From NCBI GenBank assembly GCA_963813705.1, contig CAWFAH010000011.1:326341-390340 (forward strand): DNA of 64,000 nt. The letters are read 5' to 3'. Positions 1 through 9,061 of this stretch are shown here, one piece after another. The position numbers and the translations under genes are program-made. Position 1 is the stretch's first letter, and the number at the start of each line of letters is the position of its first letter. Below the pieces are notes generated by a model. It was given only the letters and a program-made list of their open reading frames with translations. It searched no databases and had not been told where the DNA came from. The DNA comes from an uncultured Chloroflexia bacterium (GTDB lineage: Bacteria; Chloroflexota; Limnocylindria; Limnocylindrales; CSP1-4).

Positions 1-3000
1 CGGCTTCCGATCCGGCTCGGAGTGAACAGCGGCGAGGTCGTCGCCAGTCGCGACATCGACGCGGGCGACTTCCTCGTGACCGGCGACGTGGTCAATGTCG
101 CGGCACGGCTCCAGCAGAACGGCGAGTCGTGGACGATCCTCGTGGGGGAGCGGGCAGTCCACGCCGCGCGCGGTACGTTCACCTTCCGGCGACCCACGAC
201 GATCGCGGCCAAGGGCAAGGAGCTCCCGATCCCGGCCCGCGAGCTCCTCGGCCGGGCCGCGCTGCGCGTCGTCGAGCGGACCCCGCTTGTCGGGCGCGCT
301 TCCGACCTGACCCAGCTCGAGCTCGCGGCGCATCGGTCGTTCGACGAGCGGCGTCCCTACCTGGTCAGCGTGATCGCGGCCCCGGGCGTGGGCAAGAGCC
401 GCCTCCTCGAGGAGTTCATCGATCGCCTCGTGGCCGCCAACCCCGACGTCACGGTGGCGGTCGCCCAGTGCCTGCCGTACGGCCAGCGGCTGACGTACTG
501 GCCGCTCCGGGCGCTCCTGTTCGACGTCCTTGGCCTGTCCGGCGACGCGCCGCCGGAGGCACTCCGGTCCGAGGTCAAGGCCTGGCTTCAGGAGGCCGGC
601 GATCCGACACCCGAACGGACGGCGGACCTGCTCGCGGCCACCATCGGCGCCGCCGAGACGGACGTGGTCGACCGGGCGGCCTTGTTCGCGGCCTGGCGCT
701 CCACGATCGAGCTGGCCGCTGCCCGCGGTCCGCTCCTCGTCGCGGTGGAGGACCTCCACTGGTCCAGCGACAGTCTCCTGGACCTCGTCGAGTTCATCCT
801 CCAGCCGCGGGGCGACGTGCCGTTGGTCATGGTCGCGCTCGCCCGGCCCGAGCTCCTCGACCGGCGACCGGGCTGGGGTGGCGGACGCCGGAACTTCGTC
901 TCGCTCGCGCTCGAGCCGCTCGAGCCCGACGAGATCGCCGAGCTCGTCGCCGACCTGCTCGACACGCCCGACCGGGGCGTGGTCGAGAGCGTTGTCGCGC
1001 GAGCCGAAGGCAATCCGTTCTACGCGGGCGAGATCGTCCGGTCCGTCGTCGAGCGAGTCCCCGACCTGCGCGACGTGAAGGCCGTCGAGGCGTGCCTCGC
1101 CGACCTTCCCGACACGGTCCAGGCGACGATCCTCGCACGTCTGGACGCACTTCCGGGGCCGGCGCGGCGGATGCTCCAGCTCGGGTCCGTGTTCGGGCGG
1201 TCGTTCGGCGCGCCCGGCCTCGCGGCGCTCGGGCTGGCGACGGACCAGGCTCGTGATGCGACCGACGCCCTGCTCGATCGCGATCTCGTCCGGTCGGCCG
1301 GTCGCGACACCTACGCGTTCCGGCACATCCTCATCCGGGAGGTCGCCTACGGAACGCTCACCCGGGCCGAGCGGATCCGGCTCCACGACCAGGCCGGCGG
1401 GTGGCTCGAGGCGACGGCCGGCCAGGACGCCGAGGGGTTGGCCGAGCTCATTGCCTTCCACTACCGGGAGGCGATTGCGCTGGCCCGAACCATCGGCCAG
1501 GCGGTCGACGACGACACGCGGCGACGAGCGGTCGACTGGCTGGGCCGGGCCGCCGCGGTGGCAGTCGCTGCGGCGGCCAACCGCGAGGCCGCCCGGCACC
1601 TGCGCTCGGCCATCGAGCTGGCGGACCGCGACGAGCTGCCCGAGCTGTACCTCCGACTCGGTCAGACAATGCTCGGCGGCGACGAGGGGATTGCCGCATT
1701 CGCCCAGGCCTATGAGATCGGGCGGGAGCACGGCCGGTCGGACGCCTTCCTGCTCGAGGCTCTCGCCCTGCGGCTGACCGCGATGACCCGCTGGTTCGCG
1801 TCGGTCGCCAACCAGCCATCGATCGAGGCGTTCGACGAGCTGATAGCAGAGGCCAGGGCTCTTTTCGAGCGGGTGACCGACGACCGCACCCGTGCGCTCT
1901 TCCTCGTCTCCCAGGCGTTCGTGCCGTTCTGGCTGCGGAACCTCGGGCGACCCGTGAGCGACGACGTCCTCGCCCGGTCCGAGCTGAGCGCGCAGCAGGG
2001 CCTCGAGATCGCCGAGCGCCTCGACGACTCCACCCTGGTGAGCGCCGCGCTCGATGGACTGGGTGGGGTCGTCCTGTCGAAGGGCGATCCCGCCGCCGCC
2101 GTCCAGCTGGCGGGTCGACGACTGTCACTCGCGGACCGGCTGGTTCTCCAGGAGCGACTCGACGCGTACAACGTCTTCGCCTGGCAGAGCTCACTGGTTG
2201 GGGATCTCGACGGCGCGGTCCGGGCCGCCCAGCGTGGCCTGGCCGACGTACAGCCGGGCCAGGACGAGTACTTTGCCCTCGCGGTCGCCAATTGGCTCCC
2301 CTATTGCCTGGCCATCCTGGGCCGCTGGGACGACGTCCCGGGCGCCGCGGAGCGGTGCCGCCAGCTCTGGATCGACGGTGGTCGTTCGAGCGCCGGCTAC
2401 GCGCTGAGCGGCTTCATCGCCGCCCTCGGTGTCGCTCAGGCACGGGGCGACGATGCGGGGACGGAGCGCTGGGCGGAGGTCATCGAAGGGATCGCGAACC
2501 AGTTCGATCCGAACCATCCCAGCCGACGGCTGCGCGCCTTCATCGGTCCCGACCTGGCGGCGCTCGGCCGGGACATCGCGGGCCGCGCCGAGTTCTACCT
2601 CGAGCGGCTCCAACATGTCGAGCGGGCCTTCGCGCTCCTGGCCGACCATCGACACCCGCTTGCAGCCGACATCGTGGAACGGATCGTCGGTACCGCCTCC
2701 GCCCGCGGCACGAAGCCGCTGCTCGGCCAGGCGTTCCGGGTCCGCGGTCTCCAGGCCGGGGACCCGGAGGATCTGGCCAGGGCCATGGCACTGTTCATCG
2801 AGGTGGGCGCGATCCCGTCGATCGCCCGGGTCGAGGTGGAGCTGGGGGAGCTGACCGGCGATGCGACCATGGTCGAACGAGGGATCGGCCGGCTCGAGTC
2901 GCTCGGCGACATCGGCCAGCTCGGGCGCGTCCGCAGCCGATCCGTCGAGGCAGCGGCCGGAGCCAGTCACAGCCCGGACGCCGGGGCCGACGTTCGGCGC

Positions 3001-3009
3001 CGGGCCTGA
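1..3009 (+). CDS. Class III adenylate/guanylate cyclase domain fused to AAA/STAND-type ATPase and long helical-repeat C-terminus (5' partial, continues off the left edge)
   Basis: Frame 1 is open from base 1 (RLPIRLGVNSGEVV...GDVVNVAARLQQ, the C-terminal half of a class III cyclase catalytic domain). It is followed by the Walker A motif AAPGVGKSRLLEEF, a Walker-B-like LLVAVEDLHWSSD, and ~600 aa of Leu/Ala-rich helical repeats. Stop at 3007-3009. Confidence 0.85.
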   Translation, partial: RLPIRLGVNSGEVVASRDIDAGDFLVTGDVVNVAARLQQNGESWTILVGERAVHAARGTFTFRRPTTIAAKGKELPIPARELLGRAALRVVERTPLVGRASDLTQLELAAHRSFDERRPYLVSVIAAPGVGKSRLLEEFIDRLVAANPDVTVAVAQCLPYGQRLTYWPLRALLFDVLGLSGDAPPEALRSEVKAWLQEAGDPTPERTADLLAATIGAAETDVVDRAALFAAWRSTIELAAARGPLLVAVEDLHWSSDSLLDLVEFILQPRGDVPLVMVALARPELLDRRPGWGGGRRNFVSLALEPLEPDEIAELVADLLDTPDRGVVESVVARAEGNPFYAGEIVRSVVERVPDLRDVKAVEACLADLPDTVQATILARLDALPGPARRMLQLGSVFGRSFGAPGLAALGLATDQARDATDALLDRDLVRSAGRDTYAFRHILIREVAYGTLTRAERIRLHDQAGGWLEATAGQDAEGLAELIAFHYREAIALARTIGQAVDDDTRRRAVDWLGRAAAVAVAAAANREAARHLRSAIELADRDELPELYLRLGQTMLGGDEGIAAFAQAYEIGREHGRSDAFLLEALALRLTAMTRWFASVANQPSIEAFDELIAEARALFERVTDDRTRALFLVSQAFVPFWLRNLGRPVSDDVLARSELSAQQGLEIAERLDDSTLVSAALDGLGGVVLSKGDPAAAVQLAGRRLSLADRLVLQERLDAYNVFAWQSSLVGDLDGAVRAAQRGLADVQPGQDEYFALAVANWLPYCLAILGRWDDVPGAAERCRQLWIDGGRSSAGYALSGFIAALGVAQARGDDAGTERWAEVIEGIANQFDPNHPSRRLRAFIGPDLAALGRDIAGRAEFYLERLQHVERAFALLADHRHPLAADIVERIVGTASARGTKPLLGQAFRVRGLQAGDPEDLARAMALFIEVGAIPSIARVEVELGELTGDATMVERGIGRLESLGDIGQLGRVRSRSVEAAAGASHSPDAGADVRRRA

Positions 3010-3044
3010 GGCGCCCTGGACCCGACCCGACTCGTAAGCGAGGC

Positions 3045-3073
3045 TTGACAGGTTACTTAGCAGTCGCTAAGCT
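3045..3073 (+). promoter_or_regulatory. Candidate sigma70-type promoter of the TetR gene (TTGACA-17 nt-TAAGCT), predicting a leaderless or near-leaderless mRNA
   Basis: TTGACA at 3045-3050, a 17-nt spacer, TAAGCT at 3068-3073. The ATG at 3082 lies only 8 nt after the -10. This is a locally AT-rich patch in a very GC-rich window. Confidence 0.5.
3056..3071. promoter_or_regulatory. Inverted repeat CTTAGC-AGTC-GCTAAG overlapping the TetR promoter spacer/-10 (candidate TetR operator O1)
   Basis: Perfect 6-bp arms with a 4-nt centre, read directly from the sequence. It is related to the palindrome at 3675-3688; both are ACTTAG...CTAA. Confidence 0.45.
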
Positions 3074-3081
3074 CCCGCGAC

Positions 3082-3645
3082 ATGAACGCTCAGACCAGGC
3101 TCAGTGCGCCCGAGCGCCGCGAAGCCGTCATCGCCGCGGCGACACGGGAGTTCGGGGCCGGCGGGTATGCCGGCACGTCGACCCAGTCGATCGCGAAGCG
3201 GGTCGGGGTCTCCCAGCCCTACCTGTTCCAGCTCTACGAGACGAAGAAGGACCTGTTCATCGCCGCCGTGCGAGCGTGCTTCACCGACACACGCGAGGCG
3301 TTCGAGGCAAGCGCCGGCCGGGCCCGCCGGACGACCGACGACCCGACGGCGATCCTGCACGCGATGGGTCAGACCTACCTGGACCTGCTTCGTGATCGGG
3401 ACAAGCTTCGAATGCAGCTCCAGGCCTATGCGGCCTGTGACGACGCCGAGATTCGAGCGGTCGTCCGCGAGGAGTGGACCAGGCTCCACGACGCCGTCGC
3501 CCGGGTCTCCGGGGCCGACGAGCTGGCAATCCATGCCTGGTTCGCCGAGGGAATGCTGCTCAACGTCGCGGCGGCGATCGGCGACCTCGACGCGGCCATC
3601 GCGCTCAAGCTGGCACTCCGCGGAGGTGCCCGTGACGAGGCCTGA
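3082..3645 (+). CDS. TetR/AcrR family transcriptional regulator
   Basis: N-terminal HTH ERREAVIAAATREFGAGGYAGTSTQSIAKRVGVSQPYLFQLYETKKDLF is typical of TetR_N. 187 aa. Sits immediately upstream of an MFS efflux gene. Confidence 0.9.
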   Translation: MNAQTRLSAPERREAVIAAATREFGAGGYAGTSTQSIAKRVGVSQPYLFQLYETKKDLFIAAVRACFTDTREAFEASAGRARRTTDDPTAILHAMGQTYLDLLRDRDKLRMQLQAYAACDDAEIRAVVREEWTRLHDAVARVSGADELAIHAWFAEGMLLNVAAAIGDLDAAIALKLALRGGARDEA

Positions 3646-3674
3646 AATCCGAACCCCTTTTTTGCTCGTTGGAC

Positions 3675-3688
3675 TTAGTGACCACTAA
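3675..3688. promoter_or_regulatory. Palindrome TTAGTGACCACTAA upstream of the MFS gene (candidate TetR operator O2)
   Basis: Perfect 6-bp arms (TTAGTG/CACTAA) separated by AC, 22 nt upstream of the ATG at 3710. A purine-rich AGAGAGAGGG (SD-like) follows at 3691-3700. Confidence 0.45.
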
Positions 3689-3709
3689 CTAGAGAGAGGG
3701 AACTCGTCG

Positions 3710-5153
3710 ATGCGTCCCAGCAACCGCTCCACCGCCTGGACCTTCGCGATCACCGCGATCGCCCTGTTCATGGTCGCCCTCGACAATCTCGTCGTCACGA
3801 CCGCGTTGCCGGTCATGCGGCGCGACCTCGGCTCGAGCCTCCAGGACCTCGAGTGGATGGTCAACGCCTACACGCTGACCTTCGCCGTCCTGCTCCTGAC
3901 CGGTGCCGCCCTCGGTGACCGGTTCGGGCGTCGCCGCTTCTTCATCATCGGCCTGCTCGTCTTCACGACCGGGTCGGCGGCTGCCGCCCTGGCGCCGTCG
4001 AGCAGCGCCCTGATCGTCGCCCGGGCCGTCCAGGGCGTCGGTGCCGCATTCGTGACGCCGCTGACCCTGACCATCCTCTCGGCGGCGGTTCGGCCGGAGC
4101 GGCGGGCGCTCGCCCTCGGGGCGTGGGGCGGCATCGGCGGCCTCGCCGTCGCGATCGGCCCGCTCGTTGGCGGGGCCATCGCCCAGGGCGTCAACTGGCA
4201 CTGGATCTTCTGGCTCAACGTGCCCGTCGGGATCGTCGCCGTCGTCCTCGCCTCACTCCGACTCGAGGAGACGCGCGGCCCGTCGGCGCCCCTCGACCTT
4301 GCCGGGCTCGGTCTTGCCAGCGCCGGCCTCCTGGGCGTGGTCTGGGGGGTCATCCACGGCAACGACCGAGGCTGGACGGATCCACAGGTGCTGACCGCGA
4401 TCGTCGTGGGTGGAGCGCTGCTCCTCGGGTTCGTCGCCTGGGAGCTGCGGGCCCGCGCGCCGATGCTCCCGCTCGACATGTTCCGCAACCGCGGCTTCGC
4501 CGCCGCGAACAGCGTCTCGCTCCTGATGAACTTCGGGATGTTCGGCTCGATCTTCCTCCTGTCGCAGTTCTTCCAGGTGGTCCAGGGCCTCAACCCGTTC
4601 GAGGCGGGCCTGCGCGTCCTGCCGTGGACGGCGATGCCCGCGATCGTCGCCCCGATCGCCGGCGCGCTCGCGGGCAGGATCGGCGCACGCCCGATCCTCG
4701 TCCCGGGCCTGGCCCTGATGGCCATCGGCCTGGGCTGGCTCGCGTTGATCGTCGAGCCCGACGACCCCCTACCCCGCCTTCGTCCCGGCATTCGTCGTGA
4801 GCGGGATCGGGATGGGCATGTTCTTCGCCCCGATCGCCAACGTCGTCCTGTCGTCCGTCCGACCCGAGGAGGAGGGCAAGGCGTCCGGCGCCAACAACGC
4901 GATCCGCGAGGTCGGCGGCGTGTTCGGCGTCGCGGTCCTCGCCTCCGTCTTCTCGGCCAACGGCTCGTACGCGAGCCCGCAGGCCTACGTCGACGGGCTG
5001 GTTCCGGCGATGGCCGTCGGGGCGGTCGTCGTCGCCGTGGCGGCGGTGATTGCGCTGGCGATCCCGGGTCGCATCGCCGCAGGCGAGGGGCTCGGCCAGC
5101 CGGTCCTGCCATCGGTCGGCCGGCCGGCGGAGGAGCGGGCGACGGCTTCGTAG
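3710..5153 (+). pseudogene. MFS drug:H+ antiporter (DHA2/EmrB-QacA-like, 14-TMS type) interrupted by a 1-nt frameshift near 4765-4769
   Basis: The N-terminal ~350 aa (frame of 3710) are typical MFS (FMVALDNLVVTTALPVMRRDLG, LGDRFGRRRFF). After LALIVEPDDP this frame turns into Arg/Pro-rich nonsense. The authentic continuation PYPAFVPAFVVSGIGMGMFFAPIANVVLSSVRPEEEGKASGANNAIREVGGVFGVAVL is in the frame of ORF 4797..5153. The shift maps to the C5 run at 4765-4769. Confidence 0.85.
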
Positions 5154-5160
5154 GGCCATC

Positions 5161-5193
5161 GACTCGGGCGTCGTCCGGTGCGGCGCCCGAGTC
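5161..5193. terminator. GC-rich hairpin downstream of the MFS gene (convergent gene pair)
   Basis: GACTCGGGCG (5161-5170) pairs with CGCCCGAGTC (5184-5193) across a 13-nt loop. There is no clear U-tract. Confidence 0.4.
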
Positions 5194-5276
5194 TAAACGC
5201 TGGGGGCCGAACGCCCTCCGGGCGCGCGATCTCCCCTGGTCGATACGTCTCAGCGGGCCGGTGGGCCTGCGGGGAG

Positions 5277-5296
5277 GCTGCGATCGCGATCGCAGC
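5277..5296. terminator. Perfect 20-bp palindrome GCTGCGATCGCGATCGCAGC abutting the stop of the minus-strand ADH pseudogene
   Basis: The sequence is its own reverse complement. It lies between the convergent MFS and ADH genes. Confidence 0.4.
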
Positions 5297-6278
5297 TAGG
5301 CGACGACGACAACGACGTTCCCCAGCTTCTGGCCGGTTTCGGCGTACCGGTGAGCCTCGACCATCTGCTCGAGCGGGAAGCGCCGGTCGATGACCGGGCG
5401 CAGCCGTCCCGCTTCGACCAGGCCTCGCAGGTAGGCCAGGTCCTCGGTGGTCGGGCCCGATGCCGCGAACGACACCCGCTTCCTGCTCCCCCTCGACGCC
5501 CACCTCGCGCGAACGATCTGCAAGAAACCCGGATTGGCCATGAGCAGGGAGCCGTTCCCGGTCAGCAACCTCACCATGCGAGCCGACGGTGTGTCGCGGA
5601 CGACGTCGAAGATCACGTCGTAGGTCTCGGGGCTGTCGGTGAAGTCCTCCTCAGCGTAGTCGATGACGCGATCTGCGCCGATGGTTCGCAGCATCTCCAG
5701 CTTTGGCGCGCTGTCCACCGCGGTGACGTGAGCCCCGAGGACCTTGGCGAGTTGGACCGCGAACGTGCCGAAGCTCCCTCCCGCGCCGTTGACCAGGACC
5801 CTCTGTCCGCTCCGGACGTTCGCCTTTCGCAGGAACTGCAGGGCCTCGCCTCCCCCGTAGGGGACGGCCGCAGCCTCCTCGTAGCCCAGGTTCGCCGGCA
5901 TCGTCGTGATCGCCCCGGCCTGAGGGGTTCTCGCGCAGGCAGATGTACTCCGCGTAGGCTCCCAGGCCAATGCCCGTTGCCGCGAAGACCCGGTCGCCCT
6001 TCCTGACTGACCTGACATCCCGGCCAACCGACTCGACGTCACCGGCGAGCTCCTGCCCGAGCACGGGTTGTCTCGGTCTGCGGATGCCGAACGCCAGCCG
6101 AATCGGCACCCAGATCCAGGGGGCGAAGTCGAAACGCCGCAGCTCGCAATCGGCCGCGCTGACCGTCGTGGCGCGGATTCGAACCAGCACTTCGTTGTCC
6201 TTCGGAACGGGCTTCGGCACGTCGCGGAGCTTGAAGAACGTCCGGTGGCCCGTAGTCCGTGCACACGATCGCTCTCAT
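5296..6278 (-). pseudogene. Zinc-type alcohol dehydrogenase / NADPH:quinone oxidoreductase family (MDR), copy 2, with two frameshifts
   Basis: Three frames carry consecutive parts. The first is MRAIVCTDYGPPDVL (ATG 6278). The second is KLRDVPKPVPKDNEVLVRIRATTVSAADCELR...GAYAEYICLRENP (frame of ORF 5651..6220). The third is ITTMPANLGYEEAAAVPYGGGEALQFLRKANVRSGQRVLVNGAGGSFGTFAVQLAK...GNVVVVVA, ending at the stop at 5296-5298. The shifts lie near 6236-6240 and 5925-5940. Confidence 0.8.
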
Positions 6279-6381
6279 GGGTCTCCGGTTCGTGCGGGCC
6301 CCACGGCCGTGGCCGTGCCGATGCCGCCGGTGGTGAGGACGACCTTGCCGGCCTTCGGCGAGCCCCGCTCAGGCAAGACCG

Positions 6382-7350
6382 AGCGCTAAGTGGCACGGTG
6401 ATCACGACCGTCCCCTTCGCATGCCCATCGCCCACATGGCCGATCGCCCGCGGCGTCTCATCCAGGGAGTAGCTGCCGTCGACGACCGGGGTGACCTTCC
6501 CGGCTTCGACGAGCTCCTTCAGAGCGACGAGGTCGCCGTGGTTCTGGAACTTGACCGACGGGCGCAGCTGCTGGCGCACGAACATCGACATCAACGCGGC
6601 CTTGATGACGGTCCCCAAGGCGCCGCCGGAGTGGCCGCCGCTGTTCGGCTGCAGCTTCCCGGTGGGGGTCAGTGCGCGCCGGGTCTGCGACAGCGAGTGG
6701 TTGCCCACGTTGTCGAGGATGAAGTCGTAGCGGGGGCCGCCCTGCGTGAAGTCCTCCTGGGTGTAGTCGATGACATGGTCGGCGCCGATCGAGCGGACCA
6801 GGTCCGTGTTCCGCGTGCTGGTGACGCCGGTGACCTCCGCGCCGAACGCCTTGGCGATCTGCACCGCGAACGTACCAACGCCACCAGACGCGCCGTTGAT
6901 GAGGACCTTCTGGCCCGGCTGGACGTGGCCCTGGTCGCGCAGCAGCTGGAGCGCGGTGGTGGCGGAGACGCCGACCGCCGCAGCCTCTTCGAATGTGAGG
7001 TTGGCCGGCTTCATCACGAAGTGATCCTCGGTCGCACAGGCGTATTCGGCGAACGCGCCCGCGACCCACCCGAAGACCTCATCACCCGGTCGGAAGCCCG
7101 TCACGTTCGCGCCGATCGCCTCGACCGTCCCCGCGACGTCGGTGCCGGGGATGGGCTGCTTCGGTCGGCGCAACCCGGCCACCATGCGCATGACGATCGG
7201 CTTGCCACTCATGAGCACCCAGTCGCCGACGTGGATGGATGCCGCGTGCACCCGCACGAGGACCTCGCCATTCCCGACTTCTGGCTTGTCGATGTCCTGG
7301 AGCCGGAGCGTTTCCTCCGAGCCGTACTCTTCCTGCACGATTGCCCTCAT
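6382..7350 (-). CDS. Zinc-type alcohol dehydrogenase / NADPH:quinone oxidoreductase family (MDR), copy 1; 3' end uncertain because there is no in-frame stop at the expected C-terminus
   Basis: MRAIVQEEYGSEETLRLQDIDKPEVGNGEVLVRVHAASIHVGDW...INGASGGVGTFAVQIAKAFGAEV...GHAKGTVVITV is a complete MDR fold of ~320 aa from the ATG at 7350. The frame then stays open across the intergenic gap and merges with the last frame of copy 2, producing the artefactual 729-aa ORF 5296..7485. Confidence 0.8.
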
Positions 7351-7551
7351 TGCCTGCCCTCCCGCGGATCGGTCTCTCGCGATTGGCTCGGCGCGGCCCG
7401 GGCGACCGGCATTTGGGCCGCGTGTCAGCCCGCGTCGCCAGCAGGATGTGCCGAGGACTCCGGCAAGGCCAGAGGCGTTTGTCACGAAGGGGCGGGGGTC
7501 CGCCGAGGCTTCAGTGAGGGGCGGCGCGGACGTCGTGCGTCCCAGCGCCGG

Positions 7552-8682
7552 CTACACGGCGCCGAGCGCCCCCTGCGGCGCCTTCGGCGTCCCGCGGACG
7601 GCGACGACGTTGAATGCCGTGACCGGACGCTGGAATCCGGCGAGCATCAGCTCTCCGACCGGCTCGACCTCGACAGCATCCTCGACCTCGGCATGGAGCC
7701 GCTGCGCGATGAGGATCTGACCGCCCAGTGCTCTGTCGGCGAGTCGCGAGGCGAGGTTGGTGACGCTCCCGATCGCCGCGTAGTCGGACCGCGCTTCGAA
7801 GCCCACCTCTCCGCAGGTCGCGTAGCCAAGCGCGATCCCGATTCCCAGGTCCAGGTCATGTCCGCGCTTCCGCCAGAGTGGTGTCAGCTGGGCCGTCTCC
7901 TCGCGGAGCGCACAGGCCATCCGGACGGCCCGCAGCGGGGCGTCCGGGATCTCGATCGGGTCGTTGAAGAAGAGCTGGACTCCGTCGCCCTCCAGGAAGC
8001 CGACGGTTGCATCGAAGCGGCTGACCAGCCGTCCGACCGTGGCGTGGAATTCGCCCAGCACGCGCATCAGCTCTTCGGGCTCGACGGCGTCGACGAAGTT
8101 GGTCCAGCCGCGCAGGTCGGCGAAGAGCATCGCCACCTCTCGACGATGGCTGGCCAGGACGGATTCGTCACCGGAGGAGACGATTGCCTCGGCGAGCTGC
8201 GGCGACAGGAAACGCTGCAGGCGGCGGACGCGCTCCAGCTCGGCCACCTGCGTGCGGACACGCTCTTCGAGCGTCCGGTTCAGGTTGATGATCGCGTCGT
8301 GATAGCGCTTGATACGCAGCAACGACTGGACCCGGGCGAACAGCTCGTCGGGGTCGAATGGCTTGGCGATGAAGTCGTCCGCGCCCGCTTCGAGACCCTG
8401 TGCCTTCCCGGAGTCCAGTTCGGCCGTCAGCATGACGACCGGCAGCACGGCGGTGTCGTCGTGCTTGCGGAGCTCGCGGCAGACCGCGTAGCCATCGGGC
8501 GGCGGCATCATCACGTCGAGCAGGACGAGATCAGGCCTGGCCGTTGCCACCAGCTCCAGCGCCGACGCACCGTCGTTGGCCGCGATCACCTGATAGCCGC
8601 GGGAGGTCAGCAACGCCTCGAGCAGTCGCACGTTCTCGGGCACGTCGTCCACGACGAGGATCCGGGCGGCCTCGTCGCTCAT
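7552..8682 (-). CDS. Response regulator receiver domain fused to class III adenylate/guanylate cyclase
   Basis: REC: ILVVDDVPENVRLLEALLTSRGYQV...DLVLLDVMMPPPDGYAV. Cyclase: REVAMLFADLRGWTNF...GFLEGDGVQLFFNDP...GEVGFEARSDYAAIGSVTNLASRL. The start overlaps the upstream RR stop by 4 nt (8679-8682). Confidence 0.9.
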   Translation of the reverse strand: MSDEAARILVVDDVPENVRLLEALLTSRGYQVIAANDGASALELVATARPDLVLLDVMMPPPDGYAVCRELRKHDDTAVLPVVMLTAELDSGKAQGLEAGADDFIAKPFDPDELFARVQSLLRIKRYHDAIINLNRTLEERVRTQVAELERVRRLQRFLSPQLAEAIVSSGDESVLASHRREVAMLFADLRGWTNFVDAVEPEELMRVLGEFHATVGRLVSRFDATVGFLEGDGVQLFFNDPIEIPDAPLRAVRMACALREETAQLTPLWRKRGHDLDLGIGIALGYATCGEVGFEARSDYAAIGSVTNLASRLADRALGGQILIAQRLHAEVEDAVEVEPVGELMLAGFQRPVTAFNVVAVRGTPKAPQGALGAV

Positions 8683-9059
8683 CGATCGCCTCCTTCGCAG
8701 AACTGCCCGACCATCTCGAGGAGCTCGTCGACGTCGACCGGCTTCGACAGGTAGCCGTCGAAGCCCGCCTGCAGGAAGCGTTCGCGGTCGCCCTTCATCG
8801 CCTGGGCCGTTACGGCGAGCACCGGGACGGAGGCGGTCCGCGCATCGCTCCGCAATCGGCTCAATGCCTCCAGGCCGTCCATGTCGGGAAGTCGGATGTC
8901 CATCAGGACGAGGGCCGGTGGATGCTCGGCGGCCAGCGCGAGCGCCTGCCCGGCCGTCGATGCTTCAAGGGTGCGATAACCGATCGCCTGGAGCACGTCC
9001 CGCAACAGCTTCATGTTCCTCTCGTTGTCTTCGACCACCAGGATCCGCTGGCCGGGCAT
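8679..9059 (-). CDS. Single-domain CheY-like response regulator
   Basis: ILVVEDNERNMKLLRDVLQAIGY...LVLMDIRLPDMDGLEAL...FDGYLSKPVDVDEL. 126 aa. The start lies 3 nt after the stop of the upstream kinase. Confidence 0.9.
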   Translation of the reverse strand: MPGQRILVVEDNERNMKLLRDVLQAIGYRTLEASTAGQALALAAEHPPALVLMDIRLPDMDGLEALSRLRSDARTASVPVLAVTAQAMKGDRERFLQAGFDGYLSKPVDVDELLEMVGQFCEGGDR

Positions 9060-9061
9060 GG

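Noticed and set aside
5277-5296. 20-bp perfect palindrome considered as a mobile-element terminal repeat or restriction-type site
   Set aside because: It is a single copy with no transposase or target-site duplication nearby. Its position between convergent genes fits a terminator hairpin.
6421-8754. 777-aa plus-strand ORF
   Set aside because: It is antisense to ADH copy 1 and the RR-cyclase gene. It has no recognisable domain and a biased composition.
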